A stretch of 46,788 nucleotides of DNA from a virus (lineage: Duplodnaviria; Heunggongvirae; Uroviricota; Caudoviricetes), in IMG/VR virus record IMGVR_UViG_2896607866_000013. One strand, written 5' to 3'. A program made the translations under genes and the position numbers. Within the stretch, counting starts at the first letter, position 1. The number at the start of each line of letters is the position of its first letter. Positions 1 to 10,205 of this stretch are shown piece after piece. The notes below the pieces were generated by a model. That model had not been told where the DNA came from, did not search any database, and saw only the letters and a program-made list of their open reading frames with translations.

Positions 1-585
1 TTACTCCCTGACAGGGTTCGTAGGCCACTCAATATCAGGTGCAGTTGATGTATCAACACGGTTCAGCAACACCCGATACTTTTTCCAGGCTTCCAGCAAT
101 GAGGTTTCTTCCTCCGTTGCAATTTCCAGATCTGCAGCATCCTGAAGCGGCGCAATATGCTCACTGGCTACCTGCATCAGGTTGTTTTTTGTTTCTTCCG
201 CCTCCCGGATCCGGAACAGTTTTTCTGCTTCCGTATCCTTCACCCAGGCTGTGCCGTTCCACTTCTGAAACTCCCCTTCCGGCGATAACCAGGTAACATT
301 TTCCGGTAACGGACCGAGTTCAGAAATAAATAACGCGTCGCCGGAAGCCACGTCATAAACCGTTTTACCCCGATGGTCTTCAAAGAGATGCCACGATGAC
401 TCATCACTGTTGAAAACAGCCACGAAGCCTGCCGGAATATCTAACGGTGCAATATCGGTACTGTTTGCAGGCAGACCTGTATGAGGCGGAATATATGCGT
501 CACCTTCACCAATAAATTCATTAGTTCCGGCCAGCAGATTATAAATTTTTATGGTCCGTGGTTGTTCACTCATTCTGAATGCCAT
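1..585 (-). CDS. tfa: Tail fiber assembly protein (lambda Tfa-like)
   Basis: 194-aa [23 protein letters not shown]...; closely matches recalled lambda Tfa; ATG at 585 overlaps stf stop (ATGA). Confidence 0.85.
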   Translation of the reverse strand: MAFRMSEQPRTIKIYNLLAGTNEFIGEGDAYIPPHTGLPANSTDIAPLDIPAGFVAVFNSDESSWHLFEDHRGKTVYDVASGDALFISELGPLPENVTWLSPEGEFQKWNGTAWVKDTEAEKLFRIREAEETKNNLMQVASEHIAPLQDAADLEIATEEETSLLEAWKKYRVLLNRVDTSTAPDIEWPTNPVRE

Positions 586-3377
586 TATGCAAGCCTCACA
601 ATATAGTTAAATGCGATGTTTTTGACGGTGTTTTCCGCGTTACCAGCAGCGTTAACGGTGATGGTGTGTCCATGTGAACCAATCGCAACGGAGTGCGCAT
701 GAGCACCAATTGGAACAGAGTGCGCATGGTTACCTGTAGTGCTTGTGGCACCAGACCAGGTTCTGGAAGCGTTAAAGTTTACAGGAACACCATAAGTAAA
801 TTGAGAGCCCGTAAATCCATGGGCTGGCGCAGAGCCACCCAGTGTAAATGCTCCACTTGCTGTATAGAAATTACCGCTATCACTTCTGAAGTAACCGAGA
901 GTACCAGTAATTTCCATAGTGCCTCGGCTGTGGTTATGGTCACCAGTGGCATTTGAAGACTTAGTACCATAATCAAACGACGACGTGGTTTTCGTCCCCA
1001 AATCCGTACTGGATGCACTGGCGCTGTGGGTGTGCGATTTAATGCCGTCCTGTTCCTGAGATAATACGGCTCGACCACTGGCAGGTTTGCCCTTAATCGT
1101 CCAGCCACGCATATCAGGGATCACGCCTGACGGATAAGCAGCTGCAAGTTTCGGGTAAGCAGATTTGTCAAAAGTCTGCCCCTGCATCAGGGCATAACCA
1201 GACGGAACGGTATCTGATGGCCACGGGATTGGTGCGCCGACTGGGTAGCTTTCTGGTGGAAGATTTTTCGAGGTATAAACTTCTGCCCAGTCTTCCTCAA
1301 AACCATAACCGTCTCTTGAAGAACGGTAGAACAGACCACCATTTCTGTAATGCGCCTTCATCTGCAAGGTCCGGCAACTTCCGACTCCGGTATAGAAGTT
1401 AACCAGAATATAGCTGTCGCCAGAGCGGGTGACATTGTAAGCGCCTGATTCGGCATTCCAGGGAACGGCTCCATCCGAATCCGCATAAGCCCCCGTCGAA
1501 CGTCGGGCAAATGCACCAATATTTTCCGGCGTGAGGTTAATATCCGCCGAGCCATCAAACTTAACACCGTTAATTTTTGGGTCTGCCGCAAGTTTCGTCG
1601 CGGTATCGGCGTTCCCCTTCAGTGCCCCGGTGATCCCATCAGTAACAGACAACGGACCTGAAATAGTCCCTCCAGTTGTTGGCAGCGCTCCAATATCTGA
1701 TGGTGTAGGTTTCTGATGTGAGCTATACATCGTATAAACAACACCATCGGTAACGCTGGAAGGCTTACTCGCTGAATATGTTAGCGAGGTATAAATAGAA
1801 ACTGACGCATTTGTAGTACAATCCCAATGGATATTTACACTCGTCGCATAATTGCCAATCTCAACGTAAATATCATATATATCGCCGGATGTGTTGATCC
1901 AGGCGAAATTCGTTAATCCGACGGCTGTACGCTTCCACAAAGCTCCGGTAATCCCTTTGGAGTTTCCATTGCCTGCTCGTAGAACCAGTTCAGATATACC
2001 TGCCTGTTGAGGTGCCCCCACGTTAAATCCAGCGCCACCAATCAATGCGATGTAAACGATGGAACTCGCTTGTGGCATGGTAACCGTTGCCAGTTTGAAC
2101 CACCCTGCCCCGCCAGAGAAAGAGATCGTTACTGAATTTAAAGTGCCAATATCTTTCGGTGTTAATGTTATATCCGCAGTCAGTGCTTTCCCGTTAACTT
2201 TTCGGTTAGATGGTACCCTGCCATTCGCATTGTCATTCGCTGCTTTAACTGCCTTCGGTGTCGCGGCAAGCGTTTCAGATGTGCTGTTGGTTGCACTGCT
2301 GAGCTGTACTATCCCCTTTTTCGTCGTGCTCGCATCCTCAAGCGCCACGGCGGATGCAATATCCTCTGCCCGTTTTGCCGCTGTCTCGGCGCGCGTTGCC
2401 GCGGATTCCGCCGTACTTTTGCTCTGAGCTGCCGCCGTCGCACTGCCAGCTGCCTCTGTCGCCTTCGTGGATGCCGTCGTGGCGCTGCCCTTTGCTGCTG
2501 ACGCCTGTCTGGTCGCCTCATCTTTTGAAGCAGACGCAGATGATGCCGATGACGCCGCCGAACTGGCGGACGATGCGGCAGCCGTTTTTGAGGATTCTGC
2601 GCTGGTTTCCGAGGCTTTCGCGTTCGTTTCGGATGTCTTCGCTGCCTCTTTTGAGGCCGCCGCATCCCGTGCTGAAGTGGCTGCTTCTGACGCTTTCGTG
2701 GTCGCGGTGGATGCAGAAGTGGCTGCTGATTGTTGTGACGCTGCCGCATTCGTTTCTGACGTTTTCGCCGCACCGGCACTGGTAGCCGCCGCGCTTTTTG
2801 AGGACTCTGCAGCGGCAGCACTTTTTGATGCTTCAGTAGCCTTTGTTGATGCCGTTCCTGCGCTGGAAGACGCTGACTGAGCCGACGTCGCGGCCTGCCC
2901 GGCTGATGTGCTGGCTGCACGTGCTGAGCCTGCAGCATCAGTCGCATGGGTTGCCGCCTCACTGGCAGATATGCTGGCATCGCTGGCTGACTTCTTCGCG
3001 GCTGCCGTGTTCTGTGCCACCGCGGACGCGTTACGCGCCACCTCTTCCACCATCAGTTCAAAACGGCGCAGTGCCTCAGGACGGGCATCATCCTCCGTCA
3101 TGGCACCGAGAAAATCATTCAGCGTACCGGGTCGGGAATCTTCATACACGGTGATGGTCCCGGCATGTGAAGGCGGAAAACCTTCAACCAGCAGGGTGAC
3201 GCTGTACTGACCATGCTCAACATCCATGCTGTAACGTCCGGCTTCATCCGGATTTTCAGAGGCCACCGTGTTCACCACCACCGTGCTGCTGGTCCGTCTG
3301 GCTTTCAGTTGAATGGTGCAGTTCTCTACCGGTTTTCCTGTGCCGTCTTTCAGCACACCTGAAATCTTTACTGCCAT
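585..3377 (-). CDS. stf: Side tail fiber protein (lambda Stf-like)
   Basis: ORF 585-3383; ATG at 3377 gives [17 protein letters not shown]... like lambda Stf, preceded by GGGGTG SD; long Ala/Ser/Thr-rich low-complexity shaft; C-terminal HxH repeats. Confidence 0.85.
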   Translation of the reverse strand: MAVKISGVLKDGTGKPVENCTIQLKARRTSSTVVVNTVASENPDEAGRYSMDVEHGQYSVTLLVEGFPPSHAGTITVYEDSRPGTLNDFLGAMTEDDARPEALRRFELMVEEVARNASAVAQNTAAAKKSASDASISASEAATHATDAAGSARAASTSAGQAATSAQSASSSAGTASTKATEASKSAAAAESSKSAAATSAGAAKTSETNAAASQQSAATSASTATTKASEAATSARDAAASKEAAKTSETNAKASETSAESSKTAAASSASSAASSASSASASKDEATRQASAAKGSATTASTKATEAAGSATAAAQSKSTAESAATRAETAAKRAEDIASAVALEDASTTKKGIVQLSSATNSTSETLAATPKAVKAANDNANGRVPSNRKVNGKALTADITLTPKDIGTLNSVTISFSGGAGWFKLATVTMPQASSIVYIALIGGAGFNVGAPQQAGISELVLRAGNGNSKGITGALWKRTAVGLTNFAWINTSGDIYDIYVEIGNYATSVNIHWDCTTNASVSIYTSLTYSASKPSSVTDGVVYTMYSSHQKPTPSDIGALPTTGGTISGPLSVTDGITGALKGNADTATKLAADPKINGVKFDGSADINLTPENIGAFARRSTGAYADSDGAVPWNAESGAYNVTRSGDSYILVNFYTGVGSCRTLQMKAHYRNGGLFYRSSRDGYGFEEDWAEVYTSKNLPPESYPVGAPIPWPSDTVPSGYALMQGQTFDKSAYPKLAAAYPSGVIPDMRGWTIKGKPASGRAVLSQEQDGIKSHTHSASASSTDLGTKTTSSFDYGTKSSNATGDHNHSRGTMEITGTLGYFRSDSGNFYTASGAFTLGGSAPAHGFTGSQFTYGVPVNFNASRTWSGATSTTGNHAHSVPIGAHAHSVAIGSHGHTITVNAAGNAENTVKNIAFNYIVRLA

Positions 3378-3388
3378 ATTCACCCCAC

Positions 3389-3414
3389 AAAAAAGCCCGC
3401 CTGAACCGGCGGGC
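3389..3414 (-). terminator. Intrinsic terminator downstream of lom
   Basis: GC hairpin AGCCCGCC/GGCGGGCT followed by U-run on - strand transcript. Confidence 0.5.
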
Positions 3415-3441
3415 TGTCATAACACTGTGTTACCTGGCTAA

Positions 3442-4065
3442 TCAGAATTTATAGCCGACACCCACGATGAAACCGTCAGTGCGCCAGTCGCCACTGCCGG
3501 AACCTTCATAAGCAAGGTCAATAACCACCGTCTCTACGGGACTGAACTGAATCCCGGCATTCCAGGCCGGCGACAGATGACGCGCAGTATGACCATCACT
3601 GGCGGTGGTGGTCTCCTTCACATACCCCGGTTTCACTTCATCACGCCGGTAATCCTGAACACTGTCAGACCAGCGGGTGTACGCCATCCCGGCCATGCCA
3701 TAGAGACTGACCCGCTCACTGAGCTGCCAGACAGGGCCGGCCATCAGACTGACATAACGACCGCGCAGGCTTTCATAATGGAAGGTATTTTCACCCGTCT
3801 TCATCGTGTCACTTTTCTTCACCGATGCATAACTCAGCGCGACAATGCCGCCCAGGTGATCCGTGAACTCATAACGGTATTTCACATTAATCCCTTTTAA
3901 ATCACCTGCACGCGCACCGGTACCGGACAATGCCGGTACGCCGCCCGGGTGAACCTGAGCATATCCCACGGAAAATGCACCGTGTCCGCTTTCAGCCTGT
4001 GCAGGAAAGGCAATTCCTGCCAGCAGGGTAGTAAACAATAATATCGTTGCGTATAAATGCCGCAT
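3442..4065 (-). CDS. lom: Lom/Ail-family outer membrane beta-barrel protein
   Basis: ATG at 4065 (MRHLYATILLF..., signal peptide ending AQA); C-terminal ...GVGYKF; same position as lambda lom between J and stf. Confidence 0.85.
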   Translation of the reverse strand: MRHLYATILLFTTLLAGIAFPAQAESGHGAFSVGYAQVHPGGVPALSGTGARAGDLKGINVKYRYEFTDHLGGIVALSYASVKKSDTMKTGENTFHYESLRGRYVSLMAGPVWQLSERVSLYGMAGMAYTRWSDSVQDYRRDEVKPGYVKETTTASDGHTARHLSPAWNAGIQFSPVETVVIDLAYEGSGSGDWRTDGFIVGVGYKF

Positions 4066-4090
4066 GATTACCTCTTTGTTTTCAGTCAAT

Positions 4091-4114
4091 AAAAAAGGCA
4101 CCTCCTGAGGTGCC
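4091..4114 (-). terminator. Intrinsic terminator between J and lom
   Basis: Hairpin GGCACCTC..GAGGUGCC followed by UUUUUUAUUG on - strand. Confidence 0.5.
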
Positions 4115-4133
4115 CGTCCGGGTTAATAAACCG

Positions 4134-7100
4134 TCAGCTGATACTGATCCCTGCTGTGGATTTTTTCATGACCACAACCAGTAAATCACTGATGTACGTT
4201 GTCGGCGTCCAGTTGTTCGCACCGGCCGACGACACATTAAACGTCAGGGTGACATGACCCCGCCCTGCCGGCATATCTATCACCGATGAGAACACCCGGC
4301 TGACATCCGTTGCCGGTTCATGGAAAATCTCAACCCCGTTCTTCAGCACCTGCAGCTTACAGGTGGAATACCAGTACGACTGCTGATTCGGGCTGTTGAA
4401 ATTCTGGTGTTTCGTCCCGCGAAACAGCACCGGGGGAATGATAATCTGCCGGTCGAAGCCCTGGTCATCGTAAACTGTGACGGTTACCGTACCGCTGGCA
4501 TAACTGTTATTCCGGGGAAAGGCTTTCCCCACCGTCTTCACCAGGTCGCCTTCAATCTGGTTTGCAGACAGTTTCCCTCTGATGACACAGTTCTCGTTAA
4601 TGGTGACATTATTGAGCGTGCCGGTATTCGCGGTAATTGCTCCGCTGATATCCGCGTTCCTGGCTGTCAGCTTCCCTTCCGGCGTCAGGGAAAACGTCGG
4701 GGGGTTGCCGGATGACGTGATACTCGCCGCAAACAGACGCTTCAGGAACACGTCGTTCATGAACAGCTGATTCCCCTGCGCCACAAATAACGGAGTGCTG
4801 TTGCCGCTCTCCGGATTTATCATCGCGATACGGTCAGCCAGCAGCAGTATGTTGCTCAGTGGCTGGCCATCAGTATCCTCAATCCCTGCACCAATCCCGG
4901 CCACATAGGGAATGCCGTCTTTCGTTTTTTGAACCTTCAGCATGTACAGCGCAGTCAGGTCATCATTTGTGTCCTTCTGCACGCGCTGTATCTGCTGTAT
5001 GGTGGCGCTCTGGTCCTCCAGCGTTTTACTGACCGTCTGTGTGATTTCATTGCGGGTTTCGGTGATGGTGGTCTTCATCTCCGCCATCTCATCCGCAAGC
5101 TGGCTGTTGTCTATCAGCTCCCACAGCCCCTGAGCCAGATGCAGTTTTCCTATTTTTTCCCGGAAAAATTCCAGATACCCTTCACCATCATTGCTGGGCT
5201 GCCCGCTGACTTCCACAAACGCAGATTTCCCCACCAGGTTGACGCTGCGCACGTAAAACCAGAAATCCTTCCCGGGCTTAATGTGCGGGCCGGATACACT
5301 CCACTGACTGCCGGTCCCCAGATAACGGGCAGAGGTTTCCACCTGTGCGGCGTCTGCAATTTTTGCCTCCGAAAACCAGAACTCAAACTGCACCGTCGGG
5401 TCATAAATGGTCAGTTTCGGGACTGCCGTTATCTGAAAATACCCCGGCGTCAGTTCAACACCGGCAGGCGCTGCCGGTGCGTTAATCCGGAACGTGGTGG
5501 TGGCGGGTTCGCCCTGCTGGCCATAGCTGTTAATCGCCCTGACCGTCAGGGTGTATTCCCCGAGAGGCAGGCCACTGAAACGGTGCTCCGTATCGGCAGT
5601 GATGGCGGTGGTCAGCAGGCGGCTGTTCTCACCGCTTCCACTGGTCAGGCGCAGACTGAAGCGCACGCCCTTCACCACCCTCGGCGTGTCCCATTTCGCC
5701 TGTGCCAGATACTGACCGTCAGCCGCGCTCACCTCCACCGTCAGGTGCTGCACTGCCGGTGGAATAACGCTGTTCAGGGTGCCTGACTGCGGCTCAAAGC
5801 TGGCCCCGTTATCCACGATGGCTTCTTTTTCCGGTACGTGCTGCACCGCCGTGATGGCAAAGGTGCCGTCCGTGTTTTCCCGGATGGAGACACAGCGGAA
5901 CAGGCGACGACGCAGTGACGGCAGGGAGAGTCCCCATACACCGTATGTCTCCACACCATCAGGCAGGGTGCTGACCTGTATCCGGTCCGGCGCGGGGTGT
6001 GCAGTGATGTCCACACTCACCGGCTTACCGCTGCCGTTAATCAGGTTCACCGTGGCGGCACCTGTCTCCGGCAGGGTCACCTCACGGTCCAGTGTCAGGG
6101 TGCGGCTGGCGGCATCGATGTACAGGACACGTCCGCCGGTCATGGTCCCGGCATAGTCATTATCACAGATTTCAATAATGTCACCGGGTGTGTGACGCAG
6201 CCCCTGTGACCCGAGCGTGAAATCCACCGTCTGCGTTTCCAGCAGTCCGGTCTTTATCACCCACAGCCCGGCACGGTGGGCCTGACCGCGACTGGTGCAG
6301 CCGAACGCATCCATCTTCAGCAGGTTGCGCCCGTAGCGCAGTATGGCTTCCGGGTCTTCCACCAGTTCCGTGGAGGTCTGCCAGCCGTTCTGCGGGTCGG
6401 TGTAATTCACCTCCACCGCCGTGTGCCGGTCCTTCAGGGCACTGAAGCTGTAGCGGAACCCCACGCCGTTATCATCCACCACCACATCGCTGCTGGTGTA
6501 CGGCCACACCACATCCGACGGGCGGTCCTGAACAAACGTCAGCGTCTGACCGTTCCATACCGGCATACAGCGCATCGCAGAGCAGAAATCACTGAGAACG
6601 TCCCACGCCTTACGCTGTTGTGACAGGTACGCATTAAAGGTCATCCGCGGCTCTGTGCCCCCGAAACCATCCGGGACCGTCTGGTCGCAGTACTGCCCGA
6701 TGGCATACAGCGCCCACTTGTCAACATCCGCCGCCCCCAGACGTTTTCCCATGCCGTAGCGCGGGTGAGTCAGCATGTCCCACAGGCACCAGGCCGGGTT
6801 GTTGCTGTATGCCGGCTTCAGGCTGCCGTCCCAGATACCGCTGTAAGTGCGTTTTTCCGGGTCATAGTTTGACGGTACCTGAATGATGCGACCTCGGATA
6901 TGGTAGTTCACCGTCATCTGCTGACCGCCAAACTGCTCCGCATCCACCTGCAGCCCCACAATCGCCTTGTTCGGGTAGCACTGTTTCACATCGATGATTT
7001 CGGTGTATGACGACCACAGCGTTCTGTTCTGCAGCTGGTCCGTGGTGCTGTCCGCCGTCTCCCGGACCATCCGGATGTTAAAAGGACGGGGAGGCAGATT

Positions 7101-7610
7101 ATCCAGAATCACCGACGCCAGGTACTGTGAGGTGGTCTTGCCGTTAATGGTGACATCCTTTTCCGTCACCCAGTTACCGTTACGCTGCAACTGAATCAGC
7201 AGCCGGACAGAAGAGGGATTACGGTCGCCCTTTGAGGTGGTCTCCAACAGTGACTGCACCCCGAAGGTGACCCGCAGGCGGTCAATGTTCGCGGATGTAA
7301 TGGTGCGCGTTACCGGCTTTGCCTTCGTCACTTCCACGCCCAGTCCGGTTTCAGCTCCGGAGGACTCAAAGCCTTCCGGTGGTGTCTGCTCCTGCTCCCC
7401 GGCACGCCAGACCGCGGTCACACCGTGTATCACGGGATTACCGTCCGTGTCCGTCAGCGGGGTTTTGTTCACCAGGATACTCTGCAGTCCCTTCACCGGG
7501 CCTTCTATCGGTCCCTCACCAATCGCATCAATCACACTCATCATCTGCGTGGATTTGAGATTGTCCTTCGCCTCGCGCGGTGTGTGCGCCTTGCCGCCAC
7601 CTTTGCCCAT
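4134..7610 (-). CDS. J: Tail tip / host specificity protein J
   Basis: ATG at 7610 ([21 protein letters not shown]...), ~1158 aa, collinear with recalled lambda J over whole length. Confidence 0.9.
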   Translation of the reverse strand: MGKGGGKAHTPREAKDNLKSTQMMSVIDAIGEGPIEGPVKGLQSILVNKTPLTDTDGNPVIHGVTAVWRAGEQEQTPPEGFESSGAETGLGVEVTKAKPVTRTITSANIDRLRVTFGVQSLLETTSKGDRNPSSVRLLIQLQRNGNWVTEKDVTINGKTTSQYLASVILDNLPPRPFNIRMVRETADSTTDQLQNRTLWSSYTEIIDVKQCYPNKAIVGLQVDAEQFGGQQMTVNYHIRGRIIQVPSNYDPEKRTYSGIWDGSLKPAYSNNPAWCLWDMLTHPRYGMGKRLGAADVDKWALYAIGQYCDQTVPDGFGGTEPRMTFNAYLSQQRKAWDVLSDFCSAMRCMPVWNGQTLTFVQDRPSDVVWPYTSSDVVVDDNGVGFRYSFSALKDRHTAVEVNYTDPQNGWQTSTELVEDPEAILRYGRNLLKMDAFGCTSRGQAHRAGLWVIKTGLLETQTVDFTLGSQGLRHTPGDIIEICDNDYAGTMTGGRVLYIDAASRTLTLDREVTLPETGAATVNLINGSGKPVSVDITAHPAPDRIQVSTLPDGVETYGVWGLSLPSLRRRLFRCVSIRENTDGTFAITAVQHVPEKEAIVDNGASFEPQSGTLNSVIPPAVQHLTVEVSAADGQYLAQAKWDTPRVVKGVRFSLRLTSGSGENSRLLTTAITADTEHRFSGLPLGEYTLTVRAINSYGQQGEPATTTFRINAPAAPAGVELTPGYFQITAVPKLTIYDPTVQFEFWFSEAKIADAAQVETSARYLGTGSQWSVSGPHIKPGKDFWFYVRSVNLVGKSAFVEVSGQPSNDGEGYLEFFREKIGKLHLAQGLWELIDNSQLADEMAEMKTTITETRNEITQTVSKTLEDQSATIQQIQRVQKDTNDDLTALYMLKVQKTKDGIPYVAGIGAGIEDTDGQPLSNILLLADRIAMINPESGNSTPLFVAQGNQLFMNDVFLKRLFAASITSSGNPPTFSLTPEGKLTARNADISGAITANTGTLNNVTINENCVIRGKLSANQIEGDLVKTVGKAFPRNNSYASGTVTVTVYDDQGFDRQIIIPPVLFRGTKHQNFNSPNQQSYWYSTCKLQVLKNGVEIFHEPATDVSRVFSSVIDMPAGRGHVTLTFNVSSAGANNWTPTTYISDLLVVVMKKSTAGISIS

Positions 7611-7640
7611 TGTCTCACCCTTTACTGTGATAACTGTTAC

Positions 7641-7675
7641 GCACAAAAACAACAGGCATCCCTGAGGATGCCTGT
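7641..7675 (-). terminator. Terminator-like hairpin just upstream of J
   Basis: Perfect 10-bp stem ACAGGCATCC/GGATGCCTGT, 4-nt loop, then UGUUUUUGUG on - strand; J SD follows. Confidence 0.45.
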
Positions 7676-7806
7676 ATCATCACTGAATAAAACTTCTGAA
7701 TATCTTCACATTTTCACAAACTGACTGTGGTGCTAATAATTTCTCTGCGTTAATGTTTTTTGTCGTGACATAAGAATAATTCCTTACACTTAATCTTCGT
7801 AACGCT

Positions 7807-7848
7807 CCCGCAGTTCCGCAACTCTGCGGGATTTTTTTATTCTTTTTA
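7807..7848 (+). terminator. + strand intrinsic terminator abutting the I stop codon
   Basis: CCCGCAG-loop-CTGCGGG followed by ATTTTTTTATTCTTTTT on + strand. Confidence 0.5.
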
Positions 7849-8526
7849 CCCCTGCCGCCCGATAACCACGACCTTTCCGCCCCCGCCTTCATCACGGGTG
7901 CTGATGTCCTGGGATATCCGTCGTGAACCAACCAGCATTTCCCCGTAAGGCACCGGCATCGGGTTACCCTGGGCAATCATATTGTCCAGTGACGAAAAAT
8001 ACGTGTTCTGTTTACCGTTATCCGTTGCGCGGTAATCCGGTGTTTTTGCCTTCGGTGCCAGCATCTGGGCCACACCGCCCAGAATCATACTGGCACCCAG
8101 TGAAAACAGCATCGTGGTGGCAGAAAAACCACCGGCACTCAGGGCTGTACCCCATAACGCCATCGAGCCTCCGGCAGTGAAGAAAGAGCCCACGATGGCT
8201 GCCGCCCCCAGCACAATCTGCAGTCCGCCCTTTCCGGCTCCGGCCAGTCGCGGCACAATGTGGATGACCGCCCCCTCACCCAGAGGTTCGTGAAGACGGG
8301 CGTACACCGCCTCCGGTGCCGTGTCCTCACCGCGAATACGTATCTGGTACCAGCCTTCGTTCATCTGACGGCGGAATCCCGGCACCTGTAACGACAGCGC
8401 CCGGATGGCTTCCGCTGCCGTGTTCACGTACAGGCTGAGGCGGCGGCCAAATCGTTGTAAATCCCCGTGAAGGCAGATGCGTGCCAGTGGCGGTGACGCC
8501 AGACAGAATGCGTTCGTCGTTGCCAT
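7846..8526 (-). CDS. I: Tail assembly protein I
   Basis: 226 aa; ...ARICLHGDLQRFGRR...GKQNTYFSSLDNM... matches lambda I; overlaps K end as in lambda. Confidence 0.85.
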   Translation of the reverse strand: MATTNAFCLASPPLARICLHGDLQRFGRRLSLYVNTAAEAIRALSLQVPGFRRQMNEGWYQIRIRGEDTAPEAVYARLHEPLGEGAVIHIVPRLAGAGKGGLQIVLGAAAIVGSFFTAGGSMALWGTALSAGGFSATTMLFSLGASMILGGVAQMLAPKAKTPDYRATDNGKQNTYFSSLDNMIAQGNPMPVPYGEMLVGSRRISQDISTRDEGGGGKVVVIGRQG

Positions 8527-9167
8527 TTTTCGGAATACCTCTCCCGTTTACTCAGTTGTTCAGGCAGATGGTGAAGCAGTTCACCGTTGCCGCAGTAAAT
8601 GGCGGCATGATTGGCCACCGATGCGCCAAAGCAGCACAGCAGGATATCGCCCGCCTGTGCAGAGGACAGGGGCACCCGGTAAAAGCCGGTGACCGCCATA
8701 TTGTCCAGGTAAAGGTTCTGACCGTTGCGCCACCAGTCATCCTCACGCTCAAAATCCGGCATATCAATTCCCGCCAGATGGTAGGCATCCCGGAACAGCG
8801 TGTAACAGTCCGTCACCCCGTGCTCAAAGCGCCGTCCTGTCAGATGTGGCACACAGCGGAATTTATGAATTTCCCCCCGGCAGACCAGCCACCAGGACAG
8901 TGCACTTTTTATCTGCAGCCGCCGGTCGGCCTCGCTCAGCCAGGGCAGACCACCGGGATGACTGTGGACCAGTGCCACAATCTCCCCCTGCATCTCTGCC
9001 CACAGCCAGTCTTCCGGTGCAATACGAAAATACGCCTCCGGCTCTGCAGAGATATTCACACAAGGGATATACCGCTCCCCCTCCGGCGTTCTCACCACGA
9101 AGCCGCACGACTCCGCAGGCACACACCGCCGGGTGTGTGCCAGAATCGCTGATTCTGTCTGTGTCAT
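8424..9167 (-). CDS. K: Tail assembly protein K (JAB/MPN + NlpC/P60-like)
   Basis: Start at MTQTESAILAHTRRC...; HSHPGG metalloprotease-like motif; matches lambda K. Confidence 0.85.
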   Translation of the reverse strand: MTQTESAILAHTRRCVPAESCGFVVRTPEGERYIPCVNISAEPEAYFRIAPEDWLWAEMQGEIVALVHSHPGGLPWLSEADRRLQIKSALSWWLVCRGEIHKFRCVPHLTGRRFEHGVTDCYTLFRDAYHLAGIDMPDFEREDDWWRNGQNLYLDNMAVTGFYRVPLSSAQAGDILLCCFGASVANHAAIYCGNGELLHHLPEQLSKRERYSEKWQRRTHSVWRHRHWHASAFTGIYNDLAAASACT

Positions 9168-9177
9168 AAACCGGGAT

Positions 9178-9876
9178 TTACTGCGAAAGTTTATTAATGG
9201 AAAGGAAACCGCCAAAATTAGCCACCATGCCGCGCATCTCACACCCGCGCATGCACTTGCTGCATCTGTCCTTACGGATATCGGTGGTGGGTTTATCGAA
9301 CTCATCCGCCACAGCCCCGCCCGTGTAACCACACTCATCAGAGCGGTAGGTCCACATACAGGTGTTCGCCAGCATGATACGACCGGGAAACAGCGCCCCG
9401 TCCGTCTCGGTCGGTGTGGCCAGCACAAACGAGGCCGTCATGGCTGTCAGCTGCGACATCTGCTCCACCACCCAGCGGTCACTCAGCTCCTGCTCCGGGT
9501 CCGCCGCCGGATTGCCCGCACCGAAATTCACCGCATCCAGAAAACGGGCATACACCCGGCGGCGGACCACCGTGGCCCCCACCAGACTCTGCAGGTCTTC
9601 CGCCATCCCGGTGACCAGACCGAACAGATTGGACACCGTCAGCGACGGTCTGGCACTGCTGCCCTTCCCGCTCATCTCAAAACCGCTGCCGTCAATCGGG
9701 TATGCCTGATATTGCCGCCCCTGCCAGGTGACCGGCTCCCCTTTTTCATTCAGCTCATTACAGAAAAAATACCGCTCACCGCCCTGTACCGTCAGGTCGA
9801 TTTCCCAGAGTACCACCCGCGGTGACTGCTCTGATTTAACCGACTCGCTCAGACTTTCTTCGTGAATATCCTGCAT
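9178..9876 (-). CDS. L: Minor tail protein L
   Basis: 232 aa, lambda L-like, conserved C-terminal Cys cluster. Confidence 0.85.
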   Translation of the reverse strand: MQDIHEESLSESVKSEQSPRVVLWEIDLTVQGGERYFFCNELNEKGEPVTWQGRQYQAYPIDGSGFEMSGKGSSARPSLTVSNLFGLVTGMAEDLQSLVGATVVRRRVYARFLDAVNFGAGNPAADPEQELSDRWVVEQMSQLTAMTASFVLATPTETDGALFPGRIMLANTCMWTYRSDECGYTGGAVADEFDKPTTDIRKDRCSKCMRGCEMRGMVANFGGFLSINKLSQ

Positions 9877-10205
9877 CAGTTCACCACCTGCTTAAACTCC
9901 GCGCTGAACTCAACGCGCAACATCCCGACCCGCGCAGACCACCCGGCACAGGTCACCTTTATCTGCCGGTATGCATAGGGTGGCTTCCACAAAAATGCCT
10001 TCCAGCCACCGTGCTCTGCCAGGAACGCTTCCAGATGCCGGGCCTCCTCCCGGGTCACGGAAAGCGTCACCCTGTATGTTTTCAGGTCAGCATTCAGCCC
10101 TGCCGCCATACGCTGTGAGTACCCGTCACCAAAACGCACTTCACGCACCGATGGCTGCGAGTTCACCTCCATATCCGGCTTCACTTTCCAGCGAAAGGTT
10201 TTCAT
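9876..10205 (-). CDS. M: Minor tail protein M
   Basis: 109 aa, lambda M-like; coupled to L and H. Confidence 0.85.
   Translation of the reverse strand: MKTFRWKVKPDMEVNSQPSVREVRFGDGYSQRMAAGLNADLKTYRVTLSVTREEARHLEAFLAEHGGWKAFLWKPPYAYRQIKVTCAGWSARVGMLRVEFSAEFKQVVN

Noticed and set aside
2309-2980. 223-aa Arg/Pro/Gln-rich - strand ORF
   Set aside because: Alternative frame through the Ala/Ser/Thr-rich repeat region of stf; repeat-driven artefact.
4929-5786. 285-aa + strand ORF
   Set aside because: Lies entirely antisense within the well-supported J gene; no RBS or recognisable family; typical of spurious ORFs opposite GC-rich coding sequence.
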